Source: the human T2T-CHM13v2.0 reference genome, Homo sapiens. From it: a DNA stretch of 64,000 nucleotides. A model generated the notes under the pieces. It did no database searches. It saw only the letters and a program-made list of their open reading frames with translations, and had not been told where the DNA came from. The stretch's first letter is position 1. Each line of letters starts with the position of its first letter. Location: assembly GCA_009914755.4 (NCBI GenBank), contig CP068257.2:38976001-39040000 (forward strand), in the 5' to 3' direction. Below, piece by piece: positions 13,241 to 27,500 of this stretch. A program made the translations under genes and the position numbers.

Positions 13241-14758
13241 AACTTATTAATTTGTCCTTTCATTCGTCATACTTTTGCGGTTGTATCTAAAAAGTCAAAA
13301 CCAAACCCAAGGTTACCTAGACTTCCTCCTATATTATCTTTTAGTAGTTGTATTGTTTTGCACTTTATATGTGGGTCTCTAATCAATTTTGAGTTTTTTT
13401 GTTGTTGTTGTTAAAGCACGTATTGTAAAATATTTGCTAAATTTTGTGTCTAGTTTCTTTCACACATGGATTTTCAGGTGTTCCAGCATTATTTGTTGAA
13501 AAGACTATCCTTTCCCCATTGAATTGTCTTTGTTCCTTTGTCAATATTCAGTTGAATATATTTGTGTGCATCTGTTTCTGAGCCCTCATTCTGTTCCATT
13601 GACCTACTTGCCTGTTCTTCCACCAACACCAGAAGCTAGTGATTACCAAAAGTCTTGAAGTCAGGTAATGTCAGTTCTCTCATGGTTCTTCTACAGTATC
13701 TCCTTGCCTATTCTAGGTCTTTTAGCTTTCCATGTAAGCTTTAGAATCAGTTTTTCAATGTGTAAAAATTGGCTTGCTGAGATTTTGATTGGGATGACTC
13801 TGAATCTATAAATCAAGTTGAGAAAAACTGACATCGTAACAAAATTGAGTCCTGTCCATGACAATAGAATCTCTCTCCATTTCTATATATCTTGTCTATT
13901 TCATTAGAGTTTTGTAGTTTTCTTCATGTAAATACTGTCCAGATGTAGTTAGATTAATATTTAAGTGGGTTTTTTGGTGCTAATAGAAATTATATTGGTT
14001 TTTCATTTCAAATTCCAATTGTTTATTGCTGGTACATTGGAAAGCAATTGACTTTCATATATTAGTCTTGTATCCTGCAACCCTCTATGACTACTTATTA
14101 ATTCCAGAAATTTTTTTGTTAACTGTTTCAGATTTTCAAATAGACTACCATGTCATCTGTGAACAAGGACAATTTTATTTATTTCTTCTCAATCTGTATA
14201 TATTTTATTTCCTTTTCTTGCCTTCCTGGATTAGCTCAGACTTCCAGCACAATGTTGAAAAGGAGTGATGAAAAGGAAAATCTTTTACTTGTTCCAATCT
14301 TAGAGGGAAGAAACTTATTTTCTCATTATTAAGTATGATGTCTGTTATAGGTTTTATGTAGATTCTTTTTTCCAAGATGAGGAAGTTCCCCTCTATTCCT
14401 AGTTTGCTGAGACATTTTTATCATAAATAAGTGCCGGTTTTACCAAATTCTTTTTTGCATCTGTTGTTATGATCATATGATTTTCATTCTTCAGCCTATT
14501 ATAATGCGATAGGTTACATTTCCTCATTTTCTAATGTTAAAGCATCCTTCAATACCTGGAATAAATCCAAATGCATCATGGTACATTATTCTTTTTATAC
14601 ATTGTTGGATTTAATCTGCTAGTATTTTATTGAGTAATTTTGTATCTAAATTCATTAGAGCTATTGATCTGTAGTTTTCTTGTGATGTCTTTATCTGTTT
14701 TGGTTTTAGGATAATACTGGCCTCATCAAATGAGTTAGCAAATGTTCCCTCTGCTTCT

Positions 14759-15066
14759 ACTTTTTTTTTTTTTTTTTTTTTTTTTGAGATTGGGTCTCAC
14801 TCTGTCACTTAGTCTGGAGTGCAGTGGCTAGATCTCTGCTCACTACAACCTCTGTCTCCCAGGCTGAAGTAATTCTCCCACCTCAGCCTCCCAAGTAGCT
14901 GGGACTATAGCCATGTGCCTCCATGCTCAGATAATTATTTGTATTTTTTGTAGAGACAGGGTTTGTCATGTTGCCCAGGCTGGTCTGGAAATCCTGAGCT
15001 CAAGCAATCCGCCCGCTGCGGCTTCTCAAAGTGCTGAGATCATAGTCATGAGACATAACGTCAGCT
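14759..15066 (-). mobile_element. Alu SINE nested in antisense L1 ORF2
   Basis: Poly-T then gagattgggtctcactctgtcacttagtctggagtgcagtggc...ctcaaagtgctgagatcatagtcatgagac. The L1 continues on both sides (ccctctgcttctac | ...ttttatttttaggaagagattgcaaagaattggtatc). Confidence 0.9.
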
Positions 15067-16399
15067 CAGCTTTTATTTTTAGGAAGAGATTGCAAAGAAT
15101 TGGTATCATTTTTTTTCTTTAAGAGTTGGTAGATTTCACTAGTGCAAACACTGGTGCCTGATGCTATCTTTTTTGGAAGGTTATTAATTATTGAGTCAAT
15201 TTCTTTCATTGATATAGGCCCATTCAGAATATCTGTTTCTCCTTATACAAATCTTGATAGTCTGTGTCCTTCAAGAAATTAGTTTATTTCATCCAAGTAT
15301 TCAAATTTATGGCTACAGGGCTTTTCATAACCCTATTATCCCTTTAATTATTATCCTTTTAACATCTATGAAAGCATTCCTGATGAGTTCTCTTTTATTT
15401 CCAATATTAATAATTCATGTCTTCTTTTTGCTTGATAGCCAGGTTAGAGGTTTACCAATTTTATTGACATTTTTAAAGAACCAGATTTTAGTTTTGCTGA
15501 TTTTCTCTACTGGTTTCCTGGTCTCAATGTAGCTGATTTCTGGTCTAAGTTTTATTATTTTCTTTCTTCTGCTTGTTTTAGGCTGATATTGCACTTCTTA
15601 CTCCAGTTTTCTAAGGTGGAAGCTTCGACTATTGATTTCAAATCTTTTTTCTTTTCTAATCTATGCATTCAATGTTATAAGTTTCTGTGAAGCAGTGATT
15701 TCATTGCATCCCACATTTTGATAGGTTATATTTTCATTTAGTTACAAATAATTTAAATTTCCCTTGAGATTTCTGCTTTGACTTATGTGTTATTTGGAAG
15801 TGTATTTTTATTCTCCAAATATTTAGAGATTTGCAGCTGTCTTTATGTTATTAAATTTAATTCCATTGAAGTTTAATTTCATTATAATCAAGACCATATT
15901 TTATATGATGTCTATGATTTTAATTTTCTTGAGATGTCTTTTATAGTCCAGAATATAGTCTTGGTGAATAGACCATGTGAATTTGTAAAGAATGTGCATT
16001 CTGCTGTTGTTCATGAAGTATTCTATGAATGTAAATTAGATTCAGTTGTTTGATGGCATTGTTACATAGGTCAACTATAACCTTACTGATTTTCTGTCTG
16101 CTGGCTCTGTTAACTACTGACAGAGGGGTGCTGAAGCCCCTAACTATAACAGCAAGTTTTTCTAATTCTGCTTATGCATTTTATTTTACTGTCATTTATT
16201 CCTACGAAGCTCCTCCTTTTGTTATGTAAATCTGAATTTCTGACCCATGCTATTTTCTTCTTTCTGAATACATTCTTTTAACCTTTCTTAAATGTTAAAG
16301 GCAGGTTTACTGGTAACAAATTCCCTCAATTTTTTTGTGTCTGACAAAAATCTTTATTTCTCCTTCACTTTTGAAGAAACATTATGTAGACAGAGAATT

Positions 16400-17090
16400 C
16401 TATCTTGGTGGGTTTTTTGTTGCTGTTGTTACTGTTGTTGTTGTTCAATACTGTACATTTCACTCCACTCTCTTACTTGTGTAGCTTGTGGCAAAAAGTC
16501 CAGTATAATTCTTAGCTTTGTCTCTCTACAGGTAAGGTGTTTTTCTCTGGCTTGTTTCAATATTGTCTCTTTTTCTTTAGATTTCTGCAGTTTGGATATG
16601 ACATGCCTAGGTGTAGACTTTTTTGCATTTCTTTTTTTTTTTTTTTTTTCTGAGCCTCTTGGATATGTGGTTTAGTGTCTATCATTAATTTTGGAAAGCT
16701 GTCAGCTATTGTTATTTCAAATATATCTTCTGCTCCCTTTTCTCCTTTTTCTGGGATTCTCATTCTGCATGTGTTATACCTTTTGTAATTGTCCCAGAGT
16801 ACTTGAACAGTCTGTTTCTATTTTTCCATTCATTTTTTTTCTCTTTGCATTTTGGTTTAAAAAGTTTCTCCTGACGTATCTTCAAGCTCATTGATTCTTT
16901 CTTGTTTATATCTAGTCTATTAATGAGCTCATCAAAGGCACTTTTTATTTCTGCTACATTGCTTTTGAGTTCTAGCACCTCCTTTAAATTCTTCCTTAGA
17001 GTTTCCATTTCTGTGCTGACATTATCCATCTGTTCTTGCTTGTCATCTACTTTTCCTATTAGAACCCTAATTCTGTTAATCATAGTTAAA
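16400..17090 (-). pseudogene. Degenerate L1 ORF1 (ORF1p remnant) of the ancient antisense L1
   Basis: Minus-strand ORFs 16760..17083 (coiled-coil-like KNLKEVLELKSNVAEIKSAFDELINRLD...) and 16557..16763 (EKGEKGAEDIFEITIADSFPKLMIDTKPHIQEAQ) resemble L1 ORF1p motifs (EKIFEEIMAENFPNLMKDINLQIQEAQ). They are broken by stops and frameshifts. Confidence 0.7.
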
Positions 17091-18159
17091 TTCCATATCC
17101 AATAATTCCAAAATCACTGCCATATATGAGTCTGGTTCTGATGCTTATTCTGTCTCTTCATATGTATTTTTTCTTGCCTTTCATTTCTTGTCATTATTTG
17201 TTGAGAGTCAGACACAGTATTTGGGTAATGAAAGCTAATATAATTAGACTTTTAGCATGAGGTTTTACATGAATCTGGGCTGTATTTAATGTTTGATGTA
17301 GCTGCAGGTGACACAGCCTTTAGTTTCTTTATCTCACTTTTCTCTCTTGTTGTCTTTGTGTTTCCCTAGGAACTCATTCTTGAATAGAGGCTGCATCTTG
17401 CAGCTCTCTTAGCTGTAATTCACTGGTATTATTTTGGAGCCTTGTTGATGTGATGCTGAGGTGTTAGGGAGAGGAAGCTCTCCATACTCTTAAGATAAAA
17501 TCTCAGCTTGCAGTATACCCAAGTCCCTGGATTGTGACTTTCAGATGTGCTTTGTGGTTGTGTTTATTTGTTTGTTTGTTTTTTAGCTTTTCTTCCTCCT
17601 CCTATGTGAGGCAGGCAGGATAGAAGGGGGCACCAGTGGCTAATTTTCCTTTCCTCAAGTTGGACAATGTTCTGGTAAGGTAGCCTTCCTTGAAGGACAT
17701 GGTTTTCTTATAGAGAATGCAATGGGCTTGCTTCAAATACTTACCTTCTCACTTCCCATGCTCAGAACTAGAGGGGATTTTTCTCTGACCTTCATGTGAG
17801 AATCTGGTGAGCTTCCTGGAGGAAAAACTCAAGAAAGCTGTAGGGGCTCCTAGGAAATATTAACTCTCAAGCCTCACATACTTAGTCTCCAGCAATTCAT
17901 TGAACTTACCATTTACGTGTTCCTACCAATCACTGGCTCCGCAAGCTTCTGCCCCCTGTAAGCTGACCTTGGCTCTCATTCTCTGTGTTGACCTGTCTCT
18001 CCAGATTGCAGACCAGTGGTTTGCCCTGTGACCTCAATCCTCTGATGAATCCAGAAAAGTCATAGATTTTCATTCTGTTCAGCTTTTTTTCATGTTATGA
18101 GCCCAGGAGTAATCACTTCCAAGCTCTCTGGGTGCCCTCGCTGAAAATCAAAGTCAGCA

Positions 18160-18420
18160 AACTTTTTCTTACGAAGGGCCAAATGATAAATATTTTTGGC
18201 TTTGAGAGATACAGAGTCTCTATTGCAGCTCCTGAAGTGTCCTATTGTAATATGAAAGTAGCCATAAACAAAATGCGAATAAGTGAACATGGCTGCGTCC
18301 CAATACAGCTTCATTTACAAAAAAAGGGGTTGGGCCACATTTGGCCTGTGAGCCCCATTTTGCTGATCCCTGCTCTATACAGGCTACAGAATGAAAGGCC
18401 ATCAGGGGCCAAGACATTAG
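18160..18420. mobile_element. Interspersed repeat of a family I cannot name by eye
   Basis: gggccaaatgataaatatttttggctttgagagatacagagtctctattgcagc...aaagtagccataaacaaaatgcgaataagtgaacatggctgcgtcccaatacagcttcatttacaaaaaaaggggttgggccacatttggcctgtgagccccattttgctgatccctg closely resembles a very common human repeat consensus (ggccagatagtaaatattttaggctttgcgggccata...gtgttccaataaaactttatttacaaaaacaggcggcgggccagatttggcc). Confidence 0.5.
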
Positions 18421-18439
18421 TAAACATGAGCAAAGGTGA

Positions 18440-19120
<681 letters not shown>

Positions 19121-19458
19121 TAAAATGTTTAGTGTTGGCAACTATTCAAAATAAATTTTTAAACATTGCCCAGGTCAACAGTCAAACACAAATATTTGTC
19201 AAGTACAAATCCTCTAGCTGGCTAACATTGGCTGGCTTGTGGTTGAATTTGGCCTCCAACCCAGGCCAGCCCCAAGTTTTACCAAACGGGTGCATGGGAG
19301 TTAAAGAAGGTGCCCAAGGTCACACAGCCAGGAGACAGCAGAGTGTGACCTGGGCTGTAGTAGCTGAGCAGCCCACTTCTGTATGCGAGCTCACAGCTCA
19401 GAGCAAATGTACCTTTTAGCTTCCATGGAATGAACATCTCTCTGCTCTGTTTTCAGTC

Positions 19459-19806
19459 TGATATGGTTTGGCTGTGTCATCACCCAAAACTTATCTTGAA
19501 TTCCCACATATTTTGGGAGAGACCTGCTGGGAGGTAATTGAATCATGGGGGCAGGTCTTTCCTGTGCTGTTCTTGTGACAATGAATAAGTCTCACAAGAT
19601 CTTATGGTTTTATAAAGGGCGAGTTTCCCTGCACAAGCTCTGTCTTTGCCTGCTGCCATCCTTGTAAAACATGACTTGGTCCTCCTTGCCTTCCACCATG
19701 TTTGTGAGGCCTTGCCAGCCACGTGGAACTCTGAGTCCATTAAACCTTTTTCCTGTATAAATTACCCAGTCTTGGGTATGTCTTTATTAGCAGTGTGAAA
19801 ACACAG
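19459..19806 (+). mobile_element. THE1/MST-family MaLR solo LTR, more diverged than the next copy
   Basis: tgatatggtttggctgtgtcatcacccaaaacttatcttgaattccc...aattgaatcatgggggcaggtctttcctgtgctgttcttgtgacaatgaataagtctcacaagatcttatggttttataaagggc...ccacgtggaactctgagtccattaaacc...gggtatgtctttattagcagtgtgaaaaca. The likely 5-bp TSD is cagtc. Confidence 0.9.
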
Positions 19807-20104
19807 TCCCACCACTGAGTCATTTTCTTCCACTGATATTAAGAATCCTCGTGTTTACATTCTTACATACCTTTTCAGAAATCAACTAACTTCACACTCT
19901 TTTTTCAAAAAGCACAATTATGTTTCAGTTAATCAGCAAAGAACTAATAAAACAATCACAATTATGCCTGTGCTGTGAAATCACAGCAAGATAAATGGTT
20001 CCAATCAGTCAAAGGAATTCTACAAAGAACATCATATATAAGAAATGTGCTTCAAGTTATTTGGATCCAAATTTCATATGCCTCATTCTCCCTTTAATTC
20101 TGAT

Positions 20105-20123
20105 TTTTTTTTTTTTTTTTTTT
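20105..20123. repeat. Poly-T tract
   Basis: 19 consecutive T. Confidence 0.9.
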
Positions 20124-20205
20124 AGGAAATAAATTCCATCTTTTCAGGGATTTCATCTTTTTAGAAAGCGATATTCTTTCTTTAGGGGAAAAATGAAAAG
20201 AAGCA

Positions 20206-20571
20206 TGATATGGTTTGGCTGTGTCCCCACCCAAATCTCATCGTGAATTGTACTGCCATAATTCCCACGTGTCATGGGAGGGGCCCGGTGGGAGGTAATG
20301 GAAACATGGGCGGGTGGGGGTTTCCCTCACACTGTTCTCATGCTACTGAATAAGTCTCATGAGATCTGATGTTTTTATAAGGGGTTTCCCCATTCACTTG
20401 GCTCTCATTCTCTCTTGCCTGCTGCCATGTAAGACGTGCCTTTCACCTTCTGCCATGAGTGTGAGGCCTCCCCAGCCACGTGGAACTGTGAGTCCATTAA
20501 ACCTCTTTTTCTTTATAAATTACCCTGTCTCGGGTATGTCTTTATCAGCAGCAAGGTAATGAACTAATACA
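20206..20571 (+). mobile_element. THE1/MST-family MaLR solo LTR
   Basis: tgatatggtttggctgtgtccccacccaaatctcatcgtgaattgtactgccataattcccacgtgtcatgggaggggcccggtgggaggtaatgg...ccacgtggaactgtgagtccattaaacctctttttctttataaattaccctgtctcgggtatgtctttatcagcagc...ctaataca. A 5-bp TSD aagca lies at 20201-20205 and 20572-20576. Confidence 0.9.
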
Positions 20572-21651
20572 AAGCAATTGGTTAGAATATTCCCACATTG
20601 AGAGGCGCCATTCCATAGGTGCCACTTTGGATGGAGAAGGAAGTTGGTACAGGGCCAAGGTCCCTTCTCAGAGGCTGCAGTGAAGAGTGAGTGAGGAAGG
20701 GGGGAGTTTCAGGAGGGCCCTGGCTTGCTCTTGGTGTTGCCATCACTCTTGTTCCTGTGATCCAGAGATCTTCAAAAGACAGAATTATCACCTCTAAAGA
20801 GCACCATAAATGGTAGGAGGAGACTGATTATAAAATATACATAATCCTCATGAATTCTGCTGAAGTATTTTTCTAGTGGCAGTGAGAAATTATCCTAAAA
20901 ACGTGATGACATCACATCTCATTCTATTTCATGGCTACAATTTTGAAATGCCATAGCAGTGTATTTTTCTGGCATTAGGGATAAAAATTAATATTTTGAA
21001 AATATATTTGAAACTGCAAAGAACAGCAAAATATCCTGTGATTATATGCAAAATTAAAATTAGGGAGAAATGGTTAGGTGTGTTGAGCAGAGTAACAAAA
21101 AAGAAACCGTGCCATTGTATACCAGGTAACATTGTATATTTTCTCATTTCCTAAACGGTGTTCTAAGGAAAAATAAGAGATACAGCTCAAAATAAACTGT
21201 TTTGTGCCCAGATAAGCTCTGGAAAAGGTTAGCTGAAGTGAAACAGGTGTGTTGACAACAGAATATCTCAGCACTTTTAGTGTGCTTGTATGCGTTGTAT
21301 TCTTAGTAGATCTCTACTATGAGGTATTTTTCAAGTCTATTGACCATCAAAGCCCATATTCAAATGCAGAACTTTCAAACTCTCCCTGAGAAGTATTTAA
21401 TGGAACACAATTTGGGAAACATTGATTCATTTTAATTGTTGGGAAATTTAAATAAATTCACATATTTAGAAAGTTAACTTTGCAATACTCTTAAAGGATA
21501 CAACAATTTTGGTTTGAAGTGTACCAGGGACCTCTTCTCTTCTTTAAATTTAAGGTTATTAATTCCAGGAGCTACCACTCGTTTTCACCCTGGGTAATTT
21601 GCAAGTTCTTTCTGGGTAAAGTGTTTTGAATAAGTTGAATTGCTTCAGATT

Positions 21652-21672
21652 GTTATTAATTAATTAATTAAT
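21652..21672. repeat. (TAAT)n microsatellite derived from an Alu A-tail
   Basis: gttattaattaattaattaatt lies between the left TSD and the Alu body. Confidence 0.85.
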
Positions 21673-21957
21673 TTTGGGACAGGGTCTCACTCTGTCACCC
21701 AGGCTGGAGTGCAGTGGCACAATCATGGCTCACTGCAGCCTCGAGCTCCTGGGCTCAAGCAGTCCTCCATCCTCAGGCCCCTGCATAGCTTGGACTGCAG
21801 GTATGTGACACCATGACCAGCTATTTTTTGTATTTTTAGAAAAGATGGGATTTTGCCATGTTGCCCAGGCTGGACTGGAACTCCTGGACTCAAGTCATCT
21901 ACCTGCCTTGGCCTCACAAAGTGCTGGTACTACAGGCATGAGCCACCGCGCCCAGCC
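21673..21957 (-). mobile_element. Alu SINE (older subfamily), full length
   Basis: ttttgggacagggtctcactctgtcacccaggctggagtgcagtggcacaatcatggctcactgcagcc...cctcacaaagtgctggtactacaggcatgagccaccgcgcccagcc. A perfect 11-bp TSD tgcttcagatt lies at 21641-21651 and 21958-21968. Confidence 0.95.
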
Positions 21958-23725
21958 TGCTTCAGATTTTTAAATCACGATTTTGCCGTTGTTGTTTCCC
22001 CAGATGGGTTTAGAAAGAGTGAAACTATGCACATCATATGAAATTTTCAATGCCAGAAGAAGCAATTCAACAAAATTGTTGCCATAAAATTTGTACTGGA
22101 GCAAGATAGAACACCTGTTTAGTTATCAATTAATACCTTTTCATTATGTTTTGCCTGGCTTTCTGTCTCCTTTGCCTGGCTTTCTGTGCAATGATACCTG
22201 GGCTAGGGTTATTTATGATTTGTAGCAAGGACGGCAATTAAGATTTATGCTTGTGGGGAAATGCTTGGCATCTCTGCTCTGTGAGAATAACACAAGGTAG
22301 TGATCTTTCTAATCCTGCAGTGTGGAAGGGATGAACTTCTGTGAGAAAAGGAAAGATGACTCAGGAAGGGGAGAGCATTGTTAGGACTGAATTGTTGGGG
22401 AAGATGGTAAAAAAGATGTTGGGAAATATCAACTGGAGGAGAGGTAAGTGGATAAAATAGAAACCCTTATTAGAATTAGGAGCTAATGGGAGGCCAGCAT
22501 TTGCTTTGACAGAGGACAGGCAGGCCTTGCCTGGGAAAGTCTAGCTCCAGGATGGGCAGATGGTGGTGAGACTATCACGGCTGCCTCAAGCTCTGGTTAG
22601 ATTCTTATTACTCAGTGCTCTTATATCAAGATGATTCTGGTGACAGTCCAACAAAGAGGTCACAGTTCACGTGGGATTAATTTAAAAGAGGCCACAATCC
22701 TGCCTCATAGGGAGACGGACTATTTCTTAGGTTCACAGGATACCTTTCTTGACAACCAAACACCTTTAAAACAAGCACGGGGCTTGGGACATAGTCCACA
22801 CGAACATCTCGAGGATTCTGGGCTGAGAAACAGCATATTTAAATCTCTCATCAAAAATGAAATTCAGAAAGCCCAGCGAGACAATATCCACTCTTTACTG
22901 TAGAAAGAAAAAAATGCCCACATTTCTGGGAGGAAATTGCAGACCATCTGCTGCCCTGACGGCCACTCGGTGTACATTTCTCCCCTCCATCTCGGACACT
23001 GCACCCAGCCGTTGTGGACCTGAACTTGTGTCCTACCTTTGGTTTGCCCCTTCAGCAAACTGAGCAAACTAGAGAAATAAGGCAAACCAAGGAACAGCCC
23101 TAGATGTCTGTAAAGAGCCCAGCACGGGCTGCCCATGACCCTGGGGCTGGCAAGGCCCCATCCCCTCCATCAGAGTAGAAGCGGCTTCCAGCTTCCGGTG
23201 GGAACATATGTGCTTATACGACTTTATGTGTGGGGCTGTGTGATTCTGCCAAAGTGCTTGAATTTGGCACTTCTCCTGTGTCTGATTCCATCCCCTCCCC
23301 TCCCCCAATAAAAATGCACTTCCATAGGCTCTGCCTCTAATCTGCATAATAAGATTCAGTTTTACATGAACCATGTCCACGACCTCAGGGCCAGGCATCA
23401 GGGTGGCCGTCACCTAATCATGTTTCCCTAAGTGTGTTTCATGGGAGGTGAATATCCAAGGTCTTAAAAAGATGAGACCTATGCAAGGTCCAGTCAGCTT
23501 TGAAATGCACTGGCTTAGAGTTAACAGCAGTTTTGCTGCAGGACTTCTCAGGGCTTTTGATATGTTCATTGCAAACCCTCTAAAGAGTGAGAGTGCTTGC
23601 AGAATTTCTCCAAGTACATTTCACCCTAGAACCTTCTCTTCAGAGCAGCTTTGTCCCACAAAATATAACATGAGACATAAATGTGAACTGCATATGTGGT
23701 TTCAGATTTTCAAAAAGTCATATAA

Positions 23726-24088
<363 letters not shown>

Positions 24089-24384
24089 TAACACAGCGTA
24101 TCAAAACTATTATCATTTCCACATGTAATTCATATGAAATATCAATGAGACAATTGATACCCTTTGATGTGACACCATGTCTTTGAAAAAGGGTATGTAT
24201 TTTATGGCACCCTCAATTCAGACCAGCCATACTTTGACTGCCCAACACTGTGTGTGGCCAGGGCTACCCTACTGGATGGTGCAGATCCAGCATGTCTCAG
24301 GAGACTATTATTTCACAAAGTTGGTGTCATTTGAGATGCACAGGTAAGCACTCTTTCCTAAGGTTGGCTAATGTAATGTTGACT

Positions 24385-24560
24385 CATTAGTAAATATTTA
24401 GTAAGTGCCAACTGTGTGCAGGACAGTTTTCTAGGTGCTATGCAAATAGCTCTGAACCACACACTATGCCCTTGCCCTCATGGGACTTCAGTGAAGCATA
24501 TACTAAATCACACAACTAATTATTTGATAATTCTGGATGCTAAGACAGGGAAGCTTGACT
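24385..24560 (-). mobile_element. MIR/L2-type SINE/LINE 3' tail fragment
   Basis: aaatatttagtaagtgccaactgtgtgcaggacagttttctaggtgctatgcaaatagctctgaacc is the reverse complement of the MIR/L2 tail motif (...gtgcctggcacatagtaggcgctcaataaatattt). Confidence 0.45.
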
Positions 24561-27500
24561 GCACCCATGGGTCAGTGGAGGTTGCCCCTACTAAGTGACA
24601 TTTAAACAGAGACTTGGAAGATAGCTTGGCTTTAGCTAAACAGTGTGCAAAGAGAGGAACATGAGGTGGGACAACCACCATAGTTAGAGAAATAAAGGAT
24701 CAGTGGATTTGAAATACACAGAGCAGGACTCAGAGAGCACATTGTGAGATGAGTCTGGTCAGCAGGAACATACAGGCTGTTTGGGGTGAGTGCTGGATTC
24801 TATCTGAAAAGCAATGGGAAGCCTTGGAAGGTTGTACGCTTAGAGGGTGACATGATCCAACACGATTTTATAGAAATTAAATATGTCTTCAAGTTCTTTG
24901 CTGCTCTGCTCATTGAGATTTATAATTTAATTCCCCTCTCTCTTTGAATTCTGACTGGTCCTACTGACTTGCTTGACCAAGAGAATCTGGTGGATGTGAG
25001 GTCCTGAGATCTCCAAGTTCGGGTCCTTAGAAGCCTTGCAGTCCACCCCAGTCTTTGGGAGAACATTCTCTTGAAGCCCTGAAGTGTGACTACCCAGAAA
25101 GCACCATGCTAGAGATAGCATGTGGATGGGACACTTGGCAATGAGCTGAAGAGAAGCAAATATCAGCTCATGAATGACAATGACCTCTACAAATCCCCAA
25201 GTCAGATTTGCCGCGAGGAGAAAGAGATTTCTGTCTACTGGCCATTGGTGTCTACCCAGCAGAGGTCCTAGGCATCCTGGAGCAGACGGGAGTTGCTCCA
25301 CTGAGTCCTGTCCAAATCTCATGTTTACAAACATAGCCAATGGCAGTTTTAAGGGGATGTTTGTTATACAGCATGAGGATGTCTGTTATATGTTATCAAA
25401 GGGTTTTGATAATCCCTCTGGCTGAAGTGTGGAGATGGACAAACTGCAAGGGAAGAAGGACATGTGTGGACAATAGTAACTGAACCAGAATGTGGCAGGA
25501 ATATGGAAGGCAGTGGCTGAGTGAAGACACACTGAGAGGTCACCCTGAAAACCCTCCCTGTCTTGGTAGGGAGGGGAGATTGTTGTTTTCTCCATTTCTG
25601 TTTTCTCCTCCTTCATTTTTTCTTTCCAGGTTCAAGAATTAAGACAGGAATCTTTAATCCTTGTCCCTTTACTGTCTTTCCCATATGTTTTCAAGTTGGC
25701 TCAAGAGTATTGGTGGCCACTTGACCAAGAGAGTAACAGATAGATGGCTGTGACAGATGGTGTGTAGTATGTGATGACGAAAATCTCTATTGATTCAGCC
25801 TCAGAAAGAATATTTGGGTTTATCTGAAAACTGCACATCATGGTCAAGTGGCTTAAAAATAAAATTAAGTTAGATAAAGATTAAAACATATACTCTCACC
25901 TCATTGTAGCTAATTAAAAGTCACTAAAATGTTTTAAATAGGAACAAACATTATTAATGGCAAATAGGGAAAAGTGTTCCCAAAAACCTAACTGACATTC
26001 CATTGGGTACATTTGTCTATGGTTTGTGCACCAAAGCAAAGCCACATCCCAGCACCACTTTGGAAAATACATATGGAATGCTGTTTCACTGGTTCATTTA
26101 ACAGTGATATTTTCATTTGTGTTTATCTATAGTGGTTTTATATTCCTAATTCTTAAAAAAAAGATTTTTTAAAAATTGTAACATCTAAGGCAAAATTAAA
26201 CAAGAGATTTCTCAGAAGTCTCTAAGAAAACCTTCTGTCCTGTGCCTCATTAATTCATCAATATAATGCAAATTAATTGCCACTGCATTAAAAAAAAATT
26301 GTTAGAATAGAGATCCGGATGTAAAAGTTGCCCTAGCATGCCGCACTGCTGAGACGAGCTATTACAGCCCACTTTTCCACTTCACTTTAGGGGGATCTGT
26401 AGCTACTAGTTCTTCTTTAGGAAGTAAAATTGGCTGCACCTGGGCATATTATTAGCTGCTCACCACAGGGAATCTCATGCTGATGGGCTATAATTTAGCA
26501 GAGAAGGAAAAAAAAAAAAGGCAATCCAATTAAAATGAAGCACATCACTTGGTGCCCATTTGCTGATTGCTTGTCAGAATCTATTATCTTGTATTTAACA
26601 AATATGGGATAATTAGAAAAGGAATGAGTATGAGACAATCAAAATTTGGGGAGCAAATCGTTATCCTTGCACAAAAGAAAAACTCTGAGTCCTCCTAATC
26701 CATCCTATCAAAGGAAAAAAGCACACCCATATATTCCCCTGTGAGATGCACAGATAATTTGAGAAGACTCCTGTCACCCAGTCCCACCCCAGTCCCAATC
26801 CTGGCACTGCCCCCGGGGGCCCAGCCTAAGGTGGCCTGTCCTGCTGAGTGCAGCCCCAGGCCTCAGTCATGAGGCCATGGAAGTCAGATGCAGTCATGGA
26901 AGTCATGGAAGAGAGATGCAGGCTGTAGACCACCCTAAGGGTTTTTTAGAGTCAAGAAATTTTTGTTTTGTTTTCCTTTTCATGTACTTGGTAAATTTAA
27001 ACAGGCTGACATCCTGATTTAAAACAAACAAACAAAAAATACCAGTAAGGTTTTGTTTAAAGGGTTTCTGGCTACTCCTTAACAATCAAGGTTGTTTTAA
27101 TTATAATGAAAAGCTACTTACAAACACCAAACTGTTGAGATTTTTTAAAAATTAGAAATCATTAAGATTGGCAAGTTCATGGGAAAAAAGACCTACTGTG
27201 TGAAATTTGGAACAACTTTTATGGAGGATAACTGGCCATGAGTTTCAATTGTTTGAAAAATGTGCTCACTCTTTGGTTCAGAAATTCTACCACCAAGATA
27301 TAGTCTGGAGGTAAAATTATATATGCACATAGATTTGATTAAACATGTTAATCACAGCCTGACATGTGACTGCAAATAAATGGTAACAGTTGTATGTCCA
27401 GTAACGGAAGTGCTGACTATCGTATGAGATGAGATGGAATACCATGCGGCCATTCTACATTCTTCCATGATGCAGAAGAATATTGCAGGTCGATGTGGTA

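Noticed and set aside
16292-17105. Several 67-127-aa ORFs on both strands.
   Set aside because: They lie within the antisense ancient L1 ORF1/ORF2 region. The + strand ORFs are antisense artefacts. The minus-strand ORFs are decayed ORF1 and are annotated as a pseudogene remnant.
19459-20571. A complete MaLR (THE1) provirus with 5' and 3' LTRs.
   Set aside because: The two LTRs have different divergence and separate 5-bp TSDs, and the spacer is only 400 bp, so they are independent solo LTRs.
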